A stretch of DNA of 64,000 nt from Nitrosopumilus sp. (GTDB taxonomy: Archaea > Thermoproteota > Nitrososphaeria > Nitrososphaerales > Nitrosopumilaceae): the NCBI GenBank assembly GCA_965223425.1, contig OZ245003.1, positions 992,001 through 1,056,000 of the forward strand. Direction: 5' to 3'. The notes beneath the pieces were generated by a model. The model had not been told where the DNA came from. It did no database searches and saw nothing but the letters and a program-made list of their open reading frames with translations. Shown piece after piece: positions 9,755 through 20,266 of the stretch. Within the stretch, counting starts at the first letter, position 1. Every line of letters begins with the position of its first letter. The translations under genes were made by a program, and so were the position numbers.

Positions 9755-9757
9755 CTT

Positions 9758-10272
9758 CTATCTTTTATCCTCAAATTCCATCTCAATGTCAAGGTTTCGG
9801 GCATTTTTTACAATTTGTACAGCTTTTCCGGCATCTATCGGAAATCTAGGCGTCCATTTGCCAGAAATCACGGCTTTGGTTTTTTGAACTCCGCCTATGC
9901 CCATACTGAGTTTATTGATAGAACCTTGGTTGGGAAAAACAGGTCTTCTATGAATTTTTTATCTGTCTCATCTGGGCCTCAATTAACCAAATCTTACCCA
10001 CAAACTGGTCTTGTAATAACCTATACAAAGTACGACTTTGTCTTATTTTCATTATATCATTTTTGGCTAATGTCAAAACAAAACCTTCTTCCACTTTTTT
10101 GCAAGAATGCATGGTAAAATCTTCAACTTTATTGTTTGATTCTGCAATTTTTGCAAGAATAATTGATGCATCCACTTCTGCCTGCGTGATGTCTCCAAAC
10201 CCTACTTTTTTTTTCACATTGAGGGCATAAAACAGCGTTTTTTGCATCAAAACCACAAATTGGAAGTTTCAT
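9758..10272 (-). pseudogene. Archaeal NusA-like/KH-domain protein with N-terminal Cys motif, triple frameshift
   Basis: Joined translation MKLPICGFDAKNAVLCPQCEKK/VGFGDITQAEVDASI...IWLIEA/DETDKKFIEDLFFP...VWA/GGVQKTKAVISGKWTPRFPID...EFEDKR; lesions near 10210, 9975 and 9897. Confidence 0.7.
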
Positions 10273-10355
10273 TTGAATCGACTTTTATCATTCTGATGGT
10301 GTTGCTTATATCCCCTAGTGCAAAACAAAAATCCTAGTTTGGATCTAACAAATAC

Positions 10356-11288
10356 ATGACTTTTCTCTCAGTTAGTGGGCTATCTGCCAAATATCATGCA
10401 TCTAAAGGACCAGTCTATGCAGTTGATGACGTAGATTTTGAGTTAGAAGATGGGAAATCAATAGGAATTGCAGGTGAGAGTGCATGTGGAAAAAGCACAT
10501 TGGGGTTGTCTATTATACGAATGCTTTCAGGAGGAAGGACAGACGGCAAAATTCTCTTTGAGAATGAATCAATTTTAGATATGGACGAGTCTGATTTTGA
10601 TAAACGATATCGATGGAAAAAAATTTCCATGATCTTTCAGGGTGCAATGAATTCATTAGATCCTGTATTTACCATCAAGGAGCAATTCCTAGAAATTCTA
10701 AAACAACACAACTTTGATGGTGATTCTGATAAAGTAGTTTTAGATGCAATGAATTCCGTTAATCTAGATAACCTTGTTTTGAAAAAATATCCACATGAAC
10801 TTAGTGGAGGAATGAAACAGAGAGTGATTATTGCCATGGCCTTGCTTCTTAAACCAAAATTTGTAATTGCAGATGAACCAACAACTGCACTTGACGTATT
10901 GATTCAGGCTCAAATTGTAAACTTGCTCAAATCCCTCAAAAAAGATGGCATGTCTTTTATGCTAATTACGCATGATTTGGCAGTATTATCTGAAATTGCA
11001 GATAAAATCGGAATTATGTATGGTGGGCAAATGGTGGAATTTGGAACTTCTCAAGAAATTTACAAAAATCCAAAACATCCATACACCCAAGGACTTTTAG
11101 AATCAATTCCAACATTAAAGGGAGATGTTCCAAAATACATTAAAGGAATTCCGCCTAGTTTACTTGATGTCCCAACTGAATGCAGGTTTATAGAAAGATG
11201 TCCTTTGGCAATCGAAAAATGTAAACAGCTTCCTCCTAAATTTAAAACAGATACTGGTTATGTGAGATGCTGGTTGTATGAAGAATAA
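10356..11288 (+). CDS. Oligopeptide/dipeptide ABC transporter ATP-binding subunit (OppD/DppD-like)
   Basis: GESACGKS Walker A, LSGGMKQR, ADEPTTALD, PKHPYT and C-terminal Cys motif. Confidence 0.93.
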   Translation: MTFLSVSGLSAKYHASKGPVYAVDDVDFELEDGKSIGIAGESACGKSTLGLSIIRMLSGGRTDGKILFENESILDMDESDFDKRYRWKKISMIFQGAMNSLDPVFTIKEQFLEILKQHNFDGDSDKVVLDAMNSVNLDNLVLKKYPHELSGGMKQRVIIAMALLLKPKFVIADEPTTALDVLIQAQIVNLLKSLKKDGMSFMLITHDLAVLSEIADKIGIMYGGQMVEFGTSQEIYKNPKHPYTQGLLESIPTLKGDVPKYIKGIPPSLLDVPTECRFIERCPLAIEKCKQLPPKFKTDTGYVRCWLYEE

Positions 11289-11296
11289 ATCTAATT

Positions 11297-11602
11297 TTAT
11301 TTTGAACTGAGGTATTCCCTATCAATTTTATCTAAATATATTTCTTGAATGCATGTAATTTCTCTTTTAGTTGTATTGCGACAAATCATCTTTGCATAAT
11401 TTATTAAATCTGGATTATCTTGGGTCCTTTCAAACTCTTCTATTTTTTTAAATGATTCTTGTTCAAACTTTATTATGTCTTTGAGTTCCTTACTGATTTG
11501 CTCTATATTCATTTTTTTATAATCCTTCGAGTTTGACTTTCTAAAACTAATGCCATCAATTAATTCTTGAATCTCATCGGATTGTTGCATATTTTTTGTC
11601 AT
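11297..11602 (-). CDS. Hypothetical protein
   Basis: 101-aa ORF with core-like composition. Confidence 0.6.
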   Translation of the reverse strand: MTKNMQQSDEIQELIDGISFRKSNSKDYKKMNIEQISKELKDIIKFEQESFKKIEEFERTQDNPDLINYAKMICRNTTKREITCIQEIYLDKIDREYLSSK

Positions 11603-11726
11603 GTGTAGTTTTTAAAAAAGTTAACTTTGATTTTTCTTTTTATGCCCTAAAATGCTTTAACCCATCTGTCATGCTAAGTGAGTCTAAACCAACTTCACAA
11701 TATGGACATTCCAAATTATTCAACAC

Positions 11727-12101
11727 TCAAGAGTGTTTTTTTACAATTGGCAGACATGCATCTATGATTCTTAACATTTCAGATCTGATTACTTTCTTAT
11801 CAATTGATATCCACACTCTTGACTTGTTTATTGCAAAAGAAATAATCTGAACCTTTTCTCTCTCCTCCCAAACAAATTCAATTTCTCCTAGATTTTTATC
11901 AAAAAATCCTTCCAAATCTGTCTTTATGGCAATATGTGAAAACTGGTATTGGGTGTTTTTCTCATCTAAAAGTGGAATCAAATCTGACCTCCTTCTATAT
12001 GCTAATAGCTCTCCGCTCTCACCAATCACGCCTACAAACCTGATAAATGGACTGATGGTGCTAACTGCATCACAAATTTGTTGCAAGTTTTTGTTTGTCA
12101 T
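11727..12101 (-). CDS. Thaumarchaeal roadblock/profilin-like small protein
   Basis: IRFVGVIGESGELL...FDKNLGEIEF...ER pattern typical of this lineage-expanded family. Confidence 0.65.
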   Translation of the reverse strand: MTNKNLQQICDAVSTISPFIRFVGVIGESGELLAYRRRSDLIPLLDEKNTQYQFSHIAIKTDLEGFFDKNLGEIEFVWEEREKVQIISFAINKSRVWISIDKKVIRSEMLRIIDACLPIVKKHS

Positions 12102-12192
12102 TTGATTGAGTTGTAAAAATATGATATTTTAATGATTACTGTACGCTTTGTTCCAGTTTTAATTAAATAAAGCCTGTAAAACACATTGATTT

Positions 12193-12831
12193 GTGGATTT
12201 TGTTGACCTATTTCCATTTGCGCCAGAAGTAGGTTATCTGAGTTTAGCACTAGTCAACTTCCTTGGTTCTTTAGTTCCGTTTGTACCATTACCTGGATTT
12301 TTGTTGTTAGCTACAATGTCTGTTGGTGATCAATTTGATCTACATGTTCTGGCAATACTGTCCGCACTTACGGCAACTGCTGCAAAACAAATTATCTTCT
12401 ATGCAAGCTATGGTGGAAGAAAGATTGTCAGTGAAAAAACCAGAAAGAGAATGCGCCCGTTTCAAAGATTAGTTAAAAGATATGGTGCAGGCGCAGCTTT
12501 TTTTGCAGCTGCCACCCCGATTCCAGATGATTTGGTGTATGTTCCATTGGGATTGGCAAAGTATAATCCAAAAAAATTCTTTATAGCAACTCTTACTGGT
12601 AAATTTGTCCTAAGTTATACTATAGTTTTTGTCTCTCATTATCTCGGATTATCTTTGGCTGAACCCCTCCTAGAAAATATTGACGATGCAACACCAGTTT
12701 ACATTGGAATTACTGTCTTTGGCGCAACGATGACTACAGTTATAGTTTTATTATTAAGACTAGATTGGCATAGAGTTCTGGGACGATTTGCTCCCTGGAC
12801 ATTAGATGAAAACAACGAAGACGAAAATTAA
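12193..12831 (+). CDS. DedA/VTT-domain membrane protein
   Basis: AATPIPDD...PLGLAKY...F...GK motif; multiple TM segments. Confidence 0.85.
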   Translation: MDFVDLFPFAPEVGYLSLALVNFLGSLVPFVPLPGFLLLATMSVGDQFDLHVLAILSALTATAAKQIIFYASYGGRKIVSEKTRKRMRPFQRLVKRYGAGAAFFAAATPIPDDLVYVPLGLAKYNPKKFFIATLTGKFVLSYTIVFVSHYLGLSLAEPLLENIDDATPVYIGITVFGATMTTVIVLLLRLDWHRVLGRFAPWTLDENNEDEN

Positions 12832-13385
12832 ATTTTTATTTTAAAATTCCACAATTTGTCAGTTGCCTCTTTAATTCCAATTCTGGATGATGAAACAATC
12901 TTCTTTGGTTTTATTCCGTCTGTAATGAATAGTTTGGAATGTTTTGTCAGATCAATTCCGTAATGTTCTCTTGTAATTTCTAATGCCTGAGTTAGTTTTG
13001 CAGGACCGTTTGTCAGAATTCTCACATCCTTATTTTTTCTGTTTTTTTGCATAATTTTGATTCCTTTTTCAGGTTCAATTGCACGAACAAGCACCGCTCC
13101 TGCTGCAGTTCTTGGATGTCTTGCCACTACATTAAAGCAGTAATACATCCCATATGTAAAATAAACGTAAGCCATTCCTACATCTCCGAACATGGCCTTG
13201 TTTCTGTCAGTAATTCTTCTAAATGCGTGACTTGCAGGATCATCTTTGTGTTTGTATGCTTCAGTTTCTGTAATTATCCCCGAAATCTCCTGATTTCCTA
13301 TTTTTCTTACAATTTTTTTTCCTAAAAGATTTTTTGCAACTTTGACCGTATCTTGCAGATAAAATTCTCTAGGCAGTTTGCTCAA
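12828..13385 (-). CDS. mpg: 3-methyladenine DNA glycosylase (AAG/MPG type)
   Basis: ITETEAY, DPASHA, YVYFTYGMYYCFNVV, GAVLVRAIEP and NGPAKL motifs. Confidence 0.93.
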   Translation of the reverse strand: MSKLPREFYLQDTVKVAKNLLGKKIVRKIGNQEISGIITETEAYKHKDDPASHAFRRITDRNKAMFGDVGMAYVYFTYGMYYCFNVVARHPRTAAGAVLVRAIEPEKGIKIMQKNRKNKDVRILTNGPAKLTQALEITREHYGIDLTKHSKLFITDGIKPKKIVSSSRIGIKEATDKLWNFKIKI

Positions 13386-13956
13386 TGTCTATTGTGATCT
13401 TTTTACCATTTTTTAATTCTCTGATCAATTCAAAGAGTTTTATGATGTCCTCCTTTAGCACTTTGATTAGTTCTTGATTGTAAATTGTTGCCGCTGGATG
13501 AACTGTTAGAAAATACAGCTGATTGTTTTTTCGAGCTACCTTGCCTCTGTATTTTGTAATCTCAGAACCTCCCAAAATAGAATTAAACGCAGTATTGCCC
13601 AAAATACAGATTATTTTTGGTTTGATTATGGAAATCTCTTGTTTTAGATAATCTTGACACGTATTCCGCTCTGTTGTATTTGGAACTCGATTATTTGGCG
13701 GTCTGCATTTTACCACATTTGTAATGTATATCGCATCTCTTGAAACCCCAGCTTCTTCTAATGCCATTGATAGTCTCTTTCCTGCAGCTCCTACAAACGG
13801 CTCTCCGTTTTTATCTTCATTTCTTCCTGGTGCTTCCCCCACAAAAATTACATCTGACTGAAAATTCCCATTGCCTGGAACTGCATTGGTTCTTGTTTTA
13901 CAAAGATCACACTTTGTACATTCTATAACTTGTTGTTTTATTGTCTCTAGGCTCAT
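13369..13956 (-). CDS. udg: Family 4 uracil-DNA glycosylase
   Basis: CxxC, GEAPGRNED, PFVGAAG, NVVKCRPP and HPAA motifs. Confidence 0.93.
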   Translation of the reverse strand: MSLETIKQQVIECTKCDLCKTRTNAVPGNGNFQSDVIFVGEAPGRNEDKNGEPFVGAAGKRLSMALEEAGVSRDAIYITNVVKCRPPNNRVPNTTERNTCQDYLKQEISIIKPKIICILGNTAFNSILGGSEITKYRGKVARKNNQLYFLTVHPAATIYNQELIKVLKEDIIKLFELIRELKNGKKITIDIEQTA

Positions 13957-15369
13957 TTAATTTACACTCTTTACTGTTGCTGTCCCTCGAATTGATGGTC
14001 CGCCATTGCCCATTATCATTGGTTGCATGGGATCCCCTTTACCGCAATTAGTTATTGGTCTTACAGTAAAATCATCCCCGCATGCATCAATTGATTCAAA
14101 AAATTCCGGCGCTGTACCCATTACAATTACGTCTCGTAATAGGTCAGTTACCTCACCATTATCTATTTTTTGCGCGTATTGGCACGAAATACTCCAACTA
14201 TGCCGCTTCATGTCAATTGAAGGGATTTTCATATTTGATATCAAATAACCATCTTTGACTTCCTTTATCATCTCTGATACGCTCCAATCTCCATTGCCAA
14301 TACATGTACATGCCATTCGAATTAAGGGCATGAATCTGTAGTTTGTTGCTCTCATGTTTCCAGTTGGTGGGGTATCAAAAATTTTTCCAGTTTCCCTACT
14401 TTGCATATGATTTTTTAAAATTCCGTCTTCTACTAGGATAGTCTTTTTAGCTTTGACTCCCTCATCATCATAATAATACCATCCTAAACTTTCTTTGATG
14501 GTGGGATCATCAAATACATTTAATTTTTCAGAACCGATTTTTTCCCCAATTTTTCCTCTCCACCACGCACCTCCGGCCCAGGCCATCTCCTTTCCTAAAA
14601 CTCTGTCCGCCTCTGATGGATGGCCTAATATCTCATGTGTAAGCAGCGATACAAAATCTGGATTCATTACAACTGTAGCCTTTTTTTCTTTTGCAGGCTT
14701 TGCATTTGTTAGTTGTGATGCTTTGCTAGAAACCTCTTTTGCGCTTTTTATAATTTTGTCATCTCGTATAATTTGCTCCATTCCGCCTCTTCCCCCCTCT
14801 GTGATGTTTACTGATTGAGTTAATCCTGATTCATGTGCAGTAGCTATCATATCAACTACTACATCTGTAAAGTTTTGTACAATTTCTGAGCCTTCACTAT
14901 TTACAAAATATTTTGAATTATTTGCATACCGTGAATTTACAATTGATTTGATGATTCTTGGCGTATCTGAAATAATTTTGCTGCATTCAAACCCCATTCC
15001 TATTAATTCATCTAATTCCGGTTTTTGTAAAACTGGAAAATCTATCTTGATTTTATTGCTAGGATTGGGGTAGAGGTTACTTTCGTTTTTTGTATGATGT
15101 AAAGAACTTCTAAAAGCCTCATCTACTGCATTTCTGATTTGTCCAAAAGAGTTTGGATTTGTAATTGAACAAAACCCCCATGTTCCTCCTTTTACCAGTC
15201 TAATGCCAATGCCTGAATCCCTGTTAGTTCTAACATGCTCAATTTCCCCGTTATCAATTAGCACTGATCTGCTTTCTTGTTGTTCTGCCCTTGCATCACA
15301 GTATTGGGCTCCAGATTCAGACGCATATGTTACTGCTTTGTCTGCTAGGTCTTGCCGGCTCAAATCCAT
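13957..15369 (-). CDS. tldD: TldD/PmbA family metalloprotease
   Basis: HEILGHPSEAD and CGKG motifs. Confidence 0.9.
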   Translation of the reverse strand: MDLSRQDLADKAVTYASESGAQYCDARAEQQESRSVLIDNGEIEHVRTNRDSGIGIRLVKGGTWGFCSITNPNSFGQIRNAVDEAFRSSLHHTKNESNLYPNPSNKIKIDFPVLQKPELDELIGMGFECSKIISDTPRIIKSIVNSRYANNSKYFVNSEGSEIVQNFTDVVVDMIATAHESGLTQSVNITEGGRGGMEQIIRDDKIIKSAKEVSSKASQLTNAKPAKEKKATVVMNPDFVSLLTHEILGHPSEADRVLGKEMAWAGGAWWRGKIGEKIGSEKLNVFDDPTIKESLGWYYYDDEGVKAKKTILVEDGILKNHMQSRETGKIFDTPPTGNMRATNYRFMPLIRMACTCIGNGDWSVSEMIKEVKDGYLISNMKIPSIDMKRHSWSISCQYAQKIDNGEVTDLLRDVIVMGTAPEFFESIDACGDDFTVRPITNCGKGDPMQPMIMGNGGPSIRGTATVKSVN

Positions 15370-15410
15370 GATTAATGAAATCTAAAGGTATTCGTAAATC
15401 TTTTGTATTT

Positions 15411-15551
15411 TCACTGATTTGAGATTGCAGGCATTGTAAAGTAGTATTCGTCCTCAAATTCATAGTCAGTTGCATCTTTTTTGCGCAAAAACTCAAAATA
15501 TTTGGCACAGTTTTCATAAAATTCCCTGTTTGTATTGCCTTTGCGACTCAT
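15411..15551 (-). CDS. 46-aa aromatic/acidic microprotein (not in the ORF track)
   Basis: MSRKGNTNREFYENCAKYFEFLRKKDATDYEFEDEYYFTMPAISNQ; intact, co-oriented upstream of tldD. Confidence 0.55.
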   Translation of the reverse strand: MSRKGNTNREFYENCAKYFEFLRKKDATDYEFEDEYYFTMPAISNQ

Positions 15552-15744
15552 GCTCTCAATGTCTAAATGTGCATTTTTTCAAGAGTGTGAGTAATTTTAG
15601 TTCTAAATGTATGTTTTCTTTAAACAGAACCTACTGGAGATTTTGGCTGTTTAGATGTGTGCATCCTTTGGTATAGATTTTTTAAACAAAAAGTCAACAA
15701 AACTATAACTATGCCAAAATAAAATAATCCTATAATGCTTCTTT

Positions 15745-17262
15745 ATGAAGCACTACAGTTTGTTGTTGTTGTCAATAATTATTATTACAAGCACCAGTGT
15801 TGCATATGCACAAGGCGCACAACCTTCATTATCACTTGGCGGTTCATTATCGTTTGTTCTTATAAATACAGAATACGTTGATGGTGCTGCGTGTACCTCC
15901 GGTACTGGTGATGCCTTGGATATTACAACTAGTGGAGATGCCATAGATACCAGTAAAGTTGGTGTATACAGCATTACTTATTCTTGCACTGATGGTTCTT
16001 CAGACCCCGTATCTGCTAGCAGAACCATAGTTGTATTTGATAACGTCCCACCAAAAATTACAATAAATGGGAGCGCTAGACAAACAATTAACATCAACGA
16101 CGTATATGTGGACAAAGGTGCTACTTGTCATGATAACCTAGAAGGTATGCTAAGCGTTACAGCCAAAGGTGCAATATTTAGCACTGCATCTAGTAAAATA
16201 CATGATATTGTATACTCTTGCTATGACTCTTCAGGAAACACGGCGCATAAAACCAGAGCCATCTATGTAAACGACCCTTCTCCGGGAGCACCGCTCCCAA
16301 CTAGACCAGTTGATCCGACTTTGCCTGTAATTGAGATATCAGGTCATAATCCAGCTAAAATATTACAAGGCCAACACTATAGTGATGTGGGTGCCAGCTG
16401 TTCTGATAATAAAGGCACAAGTCTAACTGTATACATTTCAGAGTATCAAGTAGATACAAGTACGCCTGGTCAAGGCCATGTAACTTATTCTTGCACTGAT
16501 AAAGATGGCAACAGGGTTGTCAAGACACGAACGGTAACTGTTTCGGATCTTCCGCCGGTAATCACACTAACAGGTGATGCTGTTGTACATGTTCACCTAA
16601 ATACTGACTGGACTGATGTGGGTGCCACTTGTACTGATTCAGGCGGCGCAACGCACCCAACTACTCCTAGAGGAGATACTGTGGATACTGGAGTTGATGG
16701 CGCTTACTCTATAACTTATGATTGCATTGATTCGAATGGCATGCCCGCTGTGCCTGTAACTAGAACTGTAACTGTCTCAGATTATGAGGTACCTGTGGTT
16801 ACCCTAAACGGCCCTGATTATGTCAGGCTAAACATTGGCGACATATATGATGAGCAACGCGCCCAATGTACTGATGATATTGACGCAAACCCCCGTCTTG
16901 TAATTGGTGGCGATACTGTAAGTACATCTGTTGCAGGCCAACATGTTGTAAAGTATCTTTGCATAGATGACGCAGGAAACGAGGCAAGCCTTCATCGTAC
17001 CATACACGTTTATGATCGTTCTGCGCCCTCAATTACAATGAATGGCCTGTCAGAGGTACGCGTGAACGTCGGTGATACATATGAGGACGCAGGCGCAACT
17101 TGTTATGATGGTGTAGATGGGGACCTATCAGTAATGACGATTGGGCTACCAATCAGTACAAAATATATTACCGCCACATATCCATATGACGTAGTTTACA
17201 TATGCTTTGACTCTAATTCCAATTATTCAATTGAGACTAGACTGGTGCATGTAGTCCAATGA
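15745..17262 (+). CDS. Secreted protein of six DUF5011/HYR-like Ig-fold repeats
   Basis: Signal peptide followed by about 6 repeats of PxIxLxG...YxDxGAxCxD...VDT...G.Y.ITY.C.D...RTV.V, each with 2 Cys. Confidence 0.85.
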   Translation: MKHYSLLLLSIIIITSTSVAYAQGAQPSLSLGGSLSFVLINTEYVDGAACTSGTGDALDITTSGDAIDTSKVGVYSITYSCTDGSSDPVSASRTIVVFDNVPPKITINGSARQTININDVYVDKGATCHDNLEGMLSVTAKGAIFSTASSKIHDIVYSCYDSSGNTAHKTRAIYVNDPSPGAPLPTRPVDPTLPVIEISGHNPAKILQGQHYSDVGASCSDNKGTSLTVYISEYQVDTSTPGQGHVTYSCTDKDGNRVVKTRTVTVSDLPPVITLTGDAVVHVHLNTDWTDVGATCTDSGGATHPTTPRGDTVDTGVDGAYSITYDCIDSNGMPAVPVTRTVTVSDYEVPVVTLNGPDYVRLNIGDIYDEQRAQCTDDIDANPRLVIGGDTVSTSVAGQHVVKYLCIDDAGNEASLHRTIHVYDRSAPSITMNGLSEVRVNVGDTYEDAGATCYDGVDGDLSVMTIGLPISTKYITATYPYDVVYICFDSNSNYSIETRLVHVVQ

Positions 17263-17266
17263 TCCA

Positions 17267-17341
17267 CCTGTCTCATAACTATGCCTAAACTGTGAAAAGC
17301 AAGGTGAATTTCGTGCTTGAAATCCGAGTTATGAAACAGAC
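17267..17341 (+). mobile_element. MITE-like element
   Basis: ctgtctcataact...agttatgaaacag inverted ends; the internal ~60 bp is nearly identical to the reverse complement of 38755-38812. Confidence 0.7.
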
Positions 17342-17470
17342 CACAATCTTTAGAATATTAATACCCAACACACGATAACACAACAGAATCGGTTTTAATG
17401 GTGTCTTAAAAGCAATTAGCGGTAATTTAGCAAAGTAATTTATGGAATTAATTTACAATCTAACTAAACA

Positions 17471-19291
17471 TTGTCAAAAATTGTCGCTGATACTAGTGTT
17501 ATAATTAACGGCCAATTAATTGCCCAAATAGAAGCAGGCTCGATTAAAAATTCTGAAATTATAATACCCCAGGCAGTTTTTGATGAATTACAATCCCAAG
17601 CTTCTAATAAAAAAGAACAGGGATTTGTAGGATTAGAAAAAATTCGAAAGCTCAAAAAACTGTCTGGAAGCCACGGTTTGGAGATTGTTTTAAAGGGGCC
17701 ACATCCATCAACTGATGACATTAAACTTGCTGGGAGTGGTAGAATTGATGCACTCATTACTGATATGGCTAAACAAAATGATGCTATTCTTTACACCTCA
17801 GACAACGTACAACACCTAGTATCTCAAGCAGAAGATGTGGAAACAGTTTTTCTTAAATCCATAACAAAACATGAAAAATTGGAATTTCTAAAATTTTTTG
17901 ATGCTAAAACAATGAGCATTCATTTAAAAGAAAATCAACACCCTTTGGCCAAAAAAGGAAAGCCGGGTACTTTTTCGCTTGCTAGGATTAATGATGAGCT
18001 GCTTTCAAAAGACTATTTAGAATTGATTTCATCACAAATACTGGACGCGGCAAACGTATCTGATTTGAGCGCGATTGAAATATCCAAAACTGGAGCCTCG
18101 GTAATCCAGCTTGATGACTATCGCATTGCTATAACTCATCCCCCCTTCTCCGAATCTTTTGAAATAACAGTAGTTCACCCGATCGTCAAATTGTCCCTTG
18201 AGGATTACAAAATTTCTGATGAACTGATGAAACGTTTTTCTGACGGAGCTGAGGGAATTGTCATTTCTGGCGCTCCTGGTTCTGGGAAAAGCACTCTTGC
18301 CTCGGGACTTGCTAATTTTTATCACGGCACTGGAAAGATTGTTAAAACATTTGAATCTCCGCGTGATTTACAAGTTGATCCTGGAGTTACTCAATACAGT
18401 AAACTAGATGGAAGTTTTGATAACACTGCTGATATCTTGTTACTTGTTCGTCCAGATTATACAATTTTTGATGAAGTGCGAAGGCGGGAGGATTTTAGAA
18501 CGTTTGCCGACTTGCGATTAACGGGAGTTGGGATGGTTGGCGTGGTTCACGCAAATTCACCAATAGATGCAGTCCAGCGTTTCATTGGAAAGGTTGAACT
18601 CGGTATAATTCCGAGTGTGCTGGATACTGTAGTCTTTGTAAAGGATGGTAAAATTGAAAAAGTCTATGATTTGGAGCTGAAAGTTAAAGTTCCTTCTGGT
18701 ATGACTGAGTCTGATCTGGCTCGACCCGTTATTGAAATAAGGAATTTTGCAGACAACGTACTGGAACACGAAATCTACACGTTCGGAGAAGAAAACGTCA
18801 TTGTTCCAATTGCTAAACGGTCTTCAAAAATTGGAATTGAAAAACTGGCCGGAGACAAAGTGCGAGAAGCCTTCCAAAGATATGATCCTCGCGCTGAGGT
18901 TGAAATTTTATCTGATGACCGAGTCAAAGTTTTCGTAGATGAACAATGCATTCCCTCAATTATAGGAAGAAGGGGCGCCAACATTAATGACATTGAAAAG
19001 TCTCTTAACGTTCACATTGATGTTGTTCAAAGGGACTCTGATAACACATCACAAATAACAGATGAGCTGCCTTTTACTTTCTCAGAATCAAAGACTGCCT
19101 TGCTTCTGACTGTTAATAGAGAATATACTTCGATGCATGCTGATGTCTTAGTTAATGACAAATATGTTACATCTGTACGTGTTGGAAAGAAAGGCCAGAT
19201 AAAAATTCCAAAACGGTCAGATGTTGCAAGAAATCTTATGAACCTTGCATCCTCTCAAAATGATATTCAGCTTTGCCTCAAAGATTTTTAA
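17471..19291 (+). CDS. PIN-domain ATPase with KH domain (PINA-type branch-migration ATPase)
   Basis: N-terminal PIN (VADTSVII), Walker A GAPGSGKS, DEVR, GVVHA and KH motif IIGRRG. Confidence 0.9.
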   Translation: MSKIVADTSVIINGQLIAQIEAGSIKNSEIIIPQAVFDELQSQASNKKEQGFVGLEKIRKLKKLSGSHGLEIVLKGPHPSTDDIKLAGSGRIDALITDMAKQNDAILYTSDNVQHLVSQAEDVETVFLKSITKHEKLEFLKFFDAKTMSIHLKENQHPLAKKGKPGTFSLARINDELLSKDYLELISSQILDAANVSDLSAIEISKTGASVIQLDDYRIAITHPPFSESFEITVVHPIVKLSLEDYKISDELMKRFSDGAEGIVISGAPGSGKSTLASGLANFYHGTGKIVKTFESPRDLQVDPGVTQYSKLDGSFDNTADILLLVRPDYTIFDEVRRREDFRTFADLRLTGVGMVGVVHANSPIDAVQRFIGKVELGIIPSVLDTVVFVKDGKIEKVYDLELKVKVPSGMTESDLARPVIEIRNFADNVLEHEIYTFGEENVIVPIAKRSSKIGIEKLAGDKVREAFQRYDPRAEVEILSDDRVKVFVDEQCIPSIIGRRGANINDIEKSLNVHIDVVQRDSDNTSQITDELPFTFSESKTALLLTVNREYTSMHADVLVNDKYVTSVRVGKKGQIKIPKRSDVARNLMNLASSQNDIQLCLKDF

Positions 19292-19742
19292 AATTTTCAA
19301 TTATCTTGGGATTTGCTTTAAGAAAAGTAATGAATTTTCTTAACTGTTTTATCGTTTTTGGATTTAAATGATGCTCGATACCTTCTGTATCTTGATTTGC
19401 AGTATCATACCCCACTCCTAAAATTTCAAAAAATTCTAACAAAATTCCGTGTTTTTGTCTAATTCCGTCTGCTACTTGTGAGCCTTTGCCTGTAAGATTA
19501 ATTCCGTGATATTTTTCATACTCTAAAAATCCTCCTTCATCAAGTCTTTGCAGCATCTTAGTTACGCTTGGCGCACTAACTCCCATGTATCTTGAAATGT
19601 CTAACGTGGTTGCGTAACCCTTCAATTCAACTAGTTCTGAAATTATTTCCAAATAGTCCTCCATTCTTGTACTTGATTGGGTTCTTTCTGATTGGTGTGC
19701 TGCTTTTATTGAATCTAGCCTCTTGGAGTTTTTAGATTTCAT
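19278..19742 (-). CDS. DtxR/MntR family metal-dependent repressor
   Basis: MEDYLE, VSAPSVTKML and EGIEHHL motifs. Confidence 0.92.
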   Translation of the reverse strand: MKSKNSKRLDSIKAAHQSERTQSSTRMEDYLEIISELVELKGYATTLDISRYMGVSAPSVTKMLQRLDEGGFLEYEKYHGINLTGKGSQVADGIRQKHGILLEFFEILGVGYDTANQDTEGIEHHLNPKTIKQLRKFITFLKANPKIIENFKNL

Positions 19743-19877
19743 CTAATCTTTGTATCTAAATTCAATCTAGTATAATTGAATGTCTTTTCAACTAGTTTTA
19801 GTTATTCTTTGTTGACTTGGATGTAACCGTAATTGATCTTTGAATCTTAACTAATCTCTTCTAAATTACAGGCTGGA

Positions 19878-20228
19878 ATGGCTGATCCCCTAAAGGCACG
19901 ACTAGAGCAATTAAAGAAGTTCTCAGATTCTGCTAAACGTAGAGCGAATTTGTATGCTGAAATGACTCAGATGGATAGCAAGCATACTGCAAATTCATTG
20001 GGCGCCTTGCAGAAAGCTCCCGCACCTGGCAAAAAACTTCAAAAAATTGGGTTTTTGATGTTATGGGTTCCTGAACCTACCGGTGTTACTTGCGCAGTTG
20101 GCGGCCCTATGATCGTTGCAGGGAGATATCTTGACAAAAAATACAACGGCGCTACCATTCATGATATTGGTCATGAAACAAAAAATACACTTTCATCAAT
20201 TAATGATTTTAAGAATTCTGTAATGTGA
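19878..20228 (+). CDS. Hypothetical protein
   Basis: 116-aa ORF with a hydrophobic PEPTG hairpin. Confidence 0.7.
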   Translation: MADPLKARLEQLKKFSDSAKRRANLYAEMTQMDSKHTANSLGALQKAPAPGKKLQKIGFLMLWVPEPTGVTCAVGGPMIVAGRYLDKKYNGATIHDIGHETKNTLSSINDFKNSVM

Positions 20229-20266
20229 CACTCTTAGTTTTTAAAAGGTTCAAACTAAACCAACTT

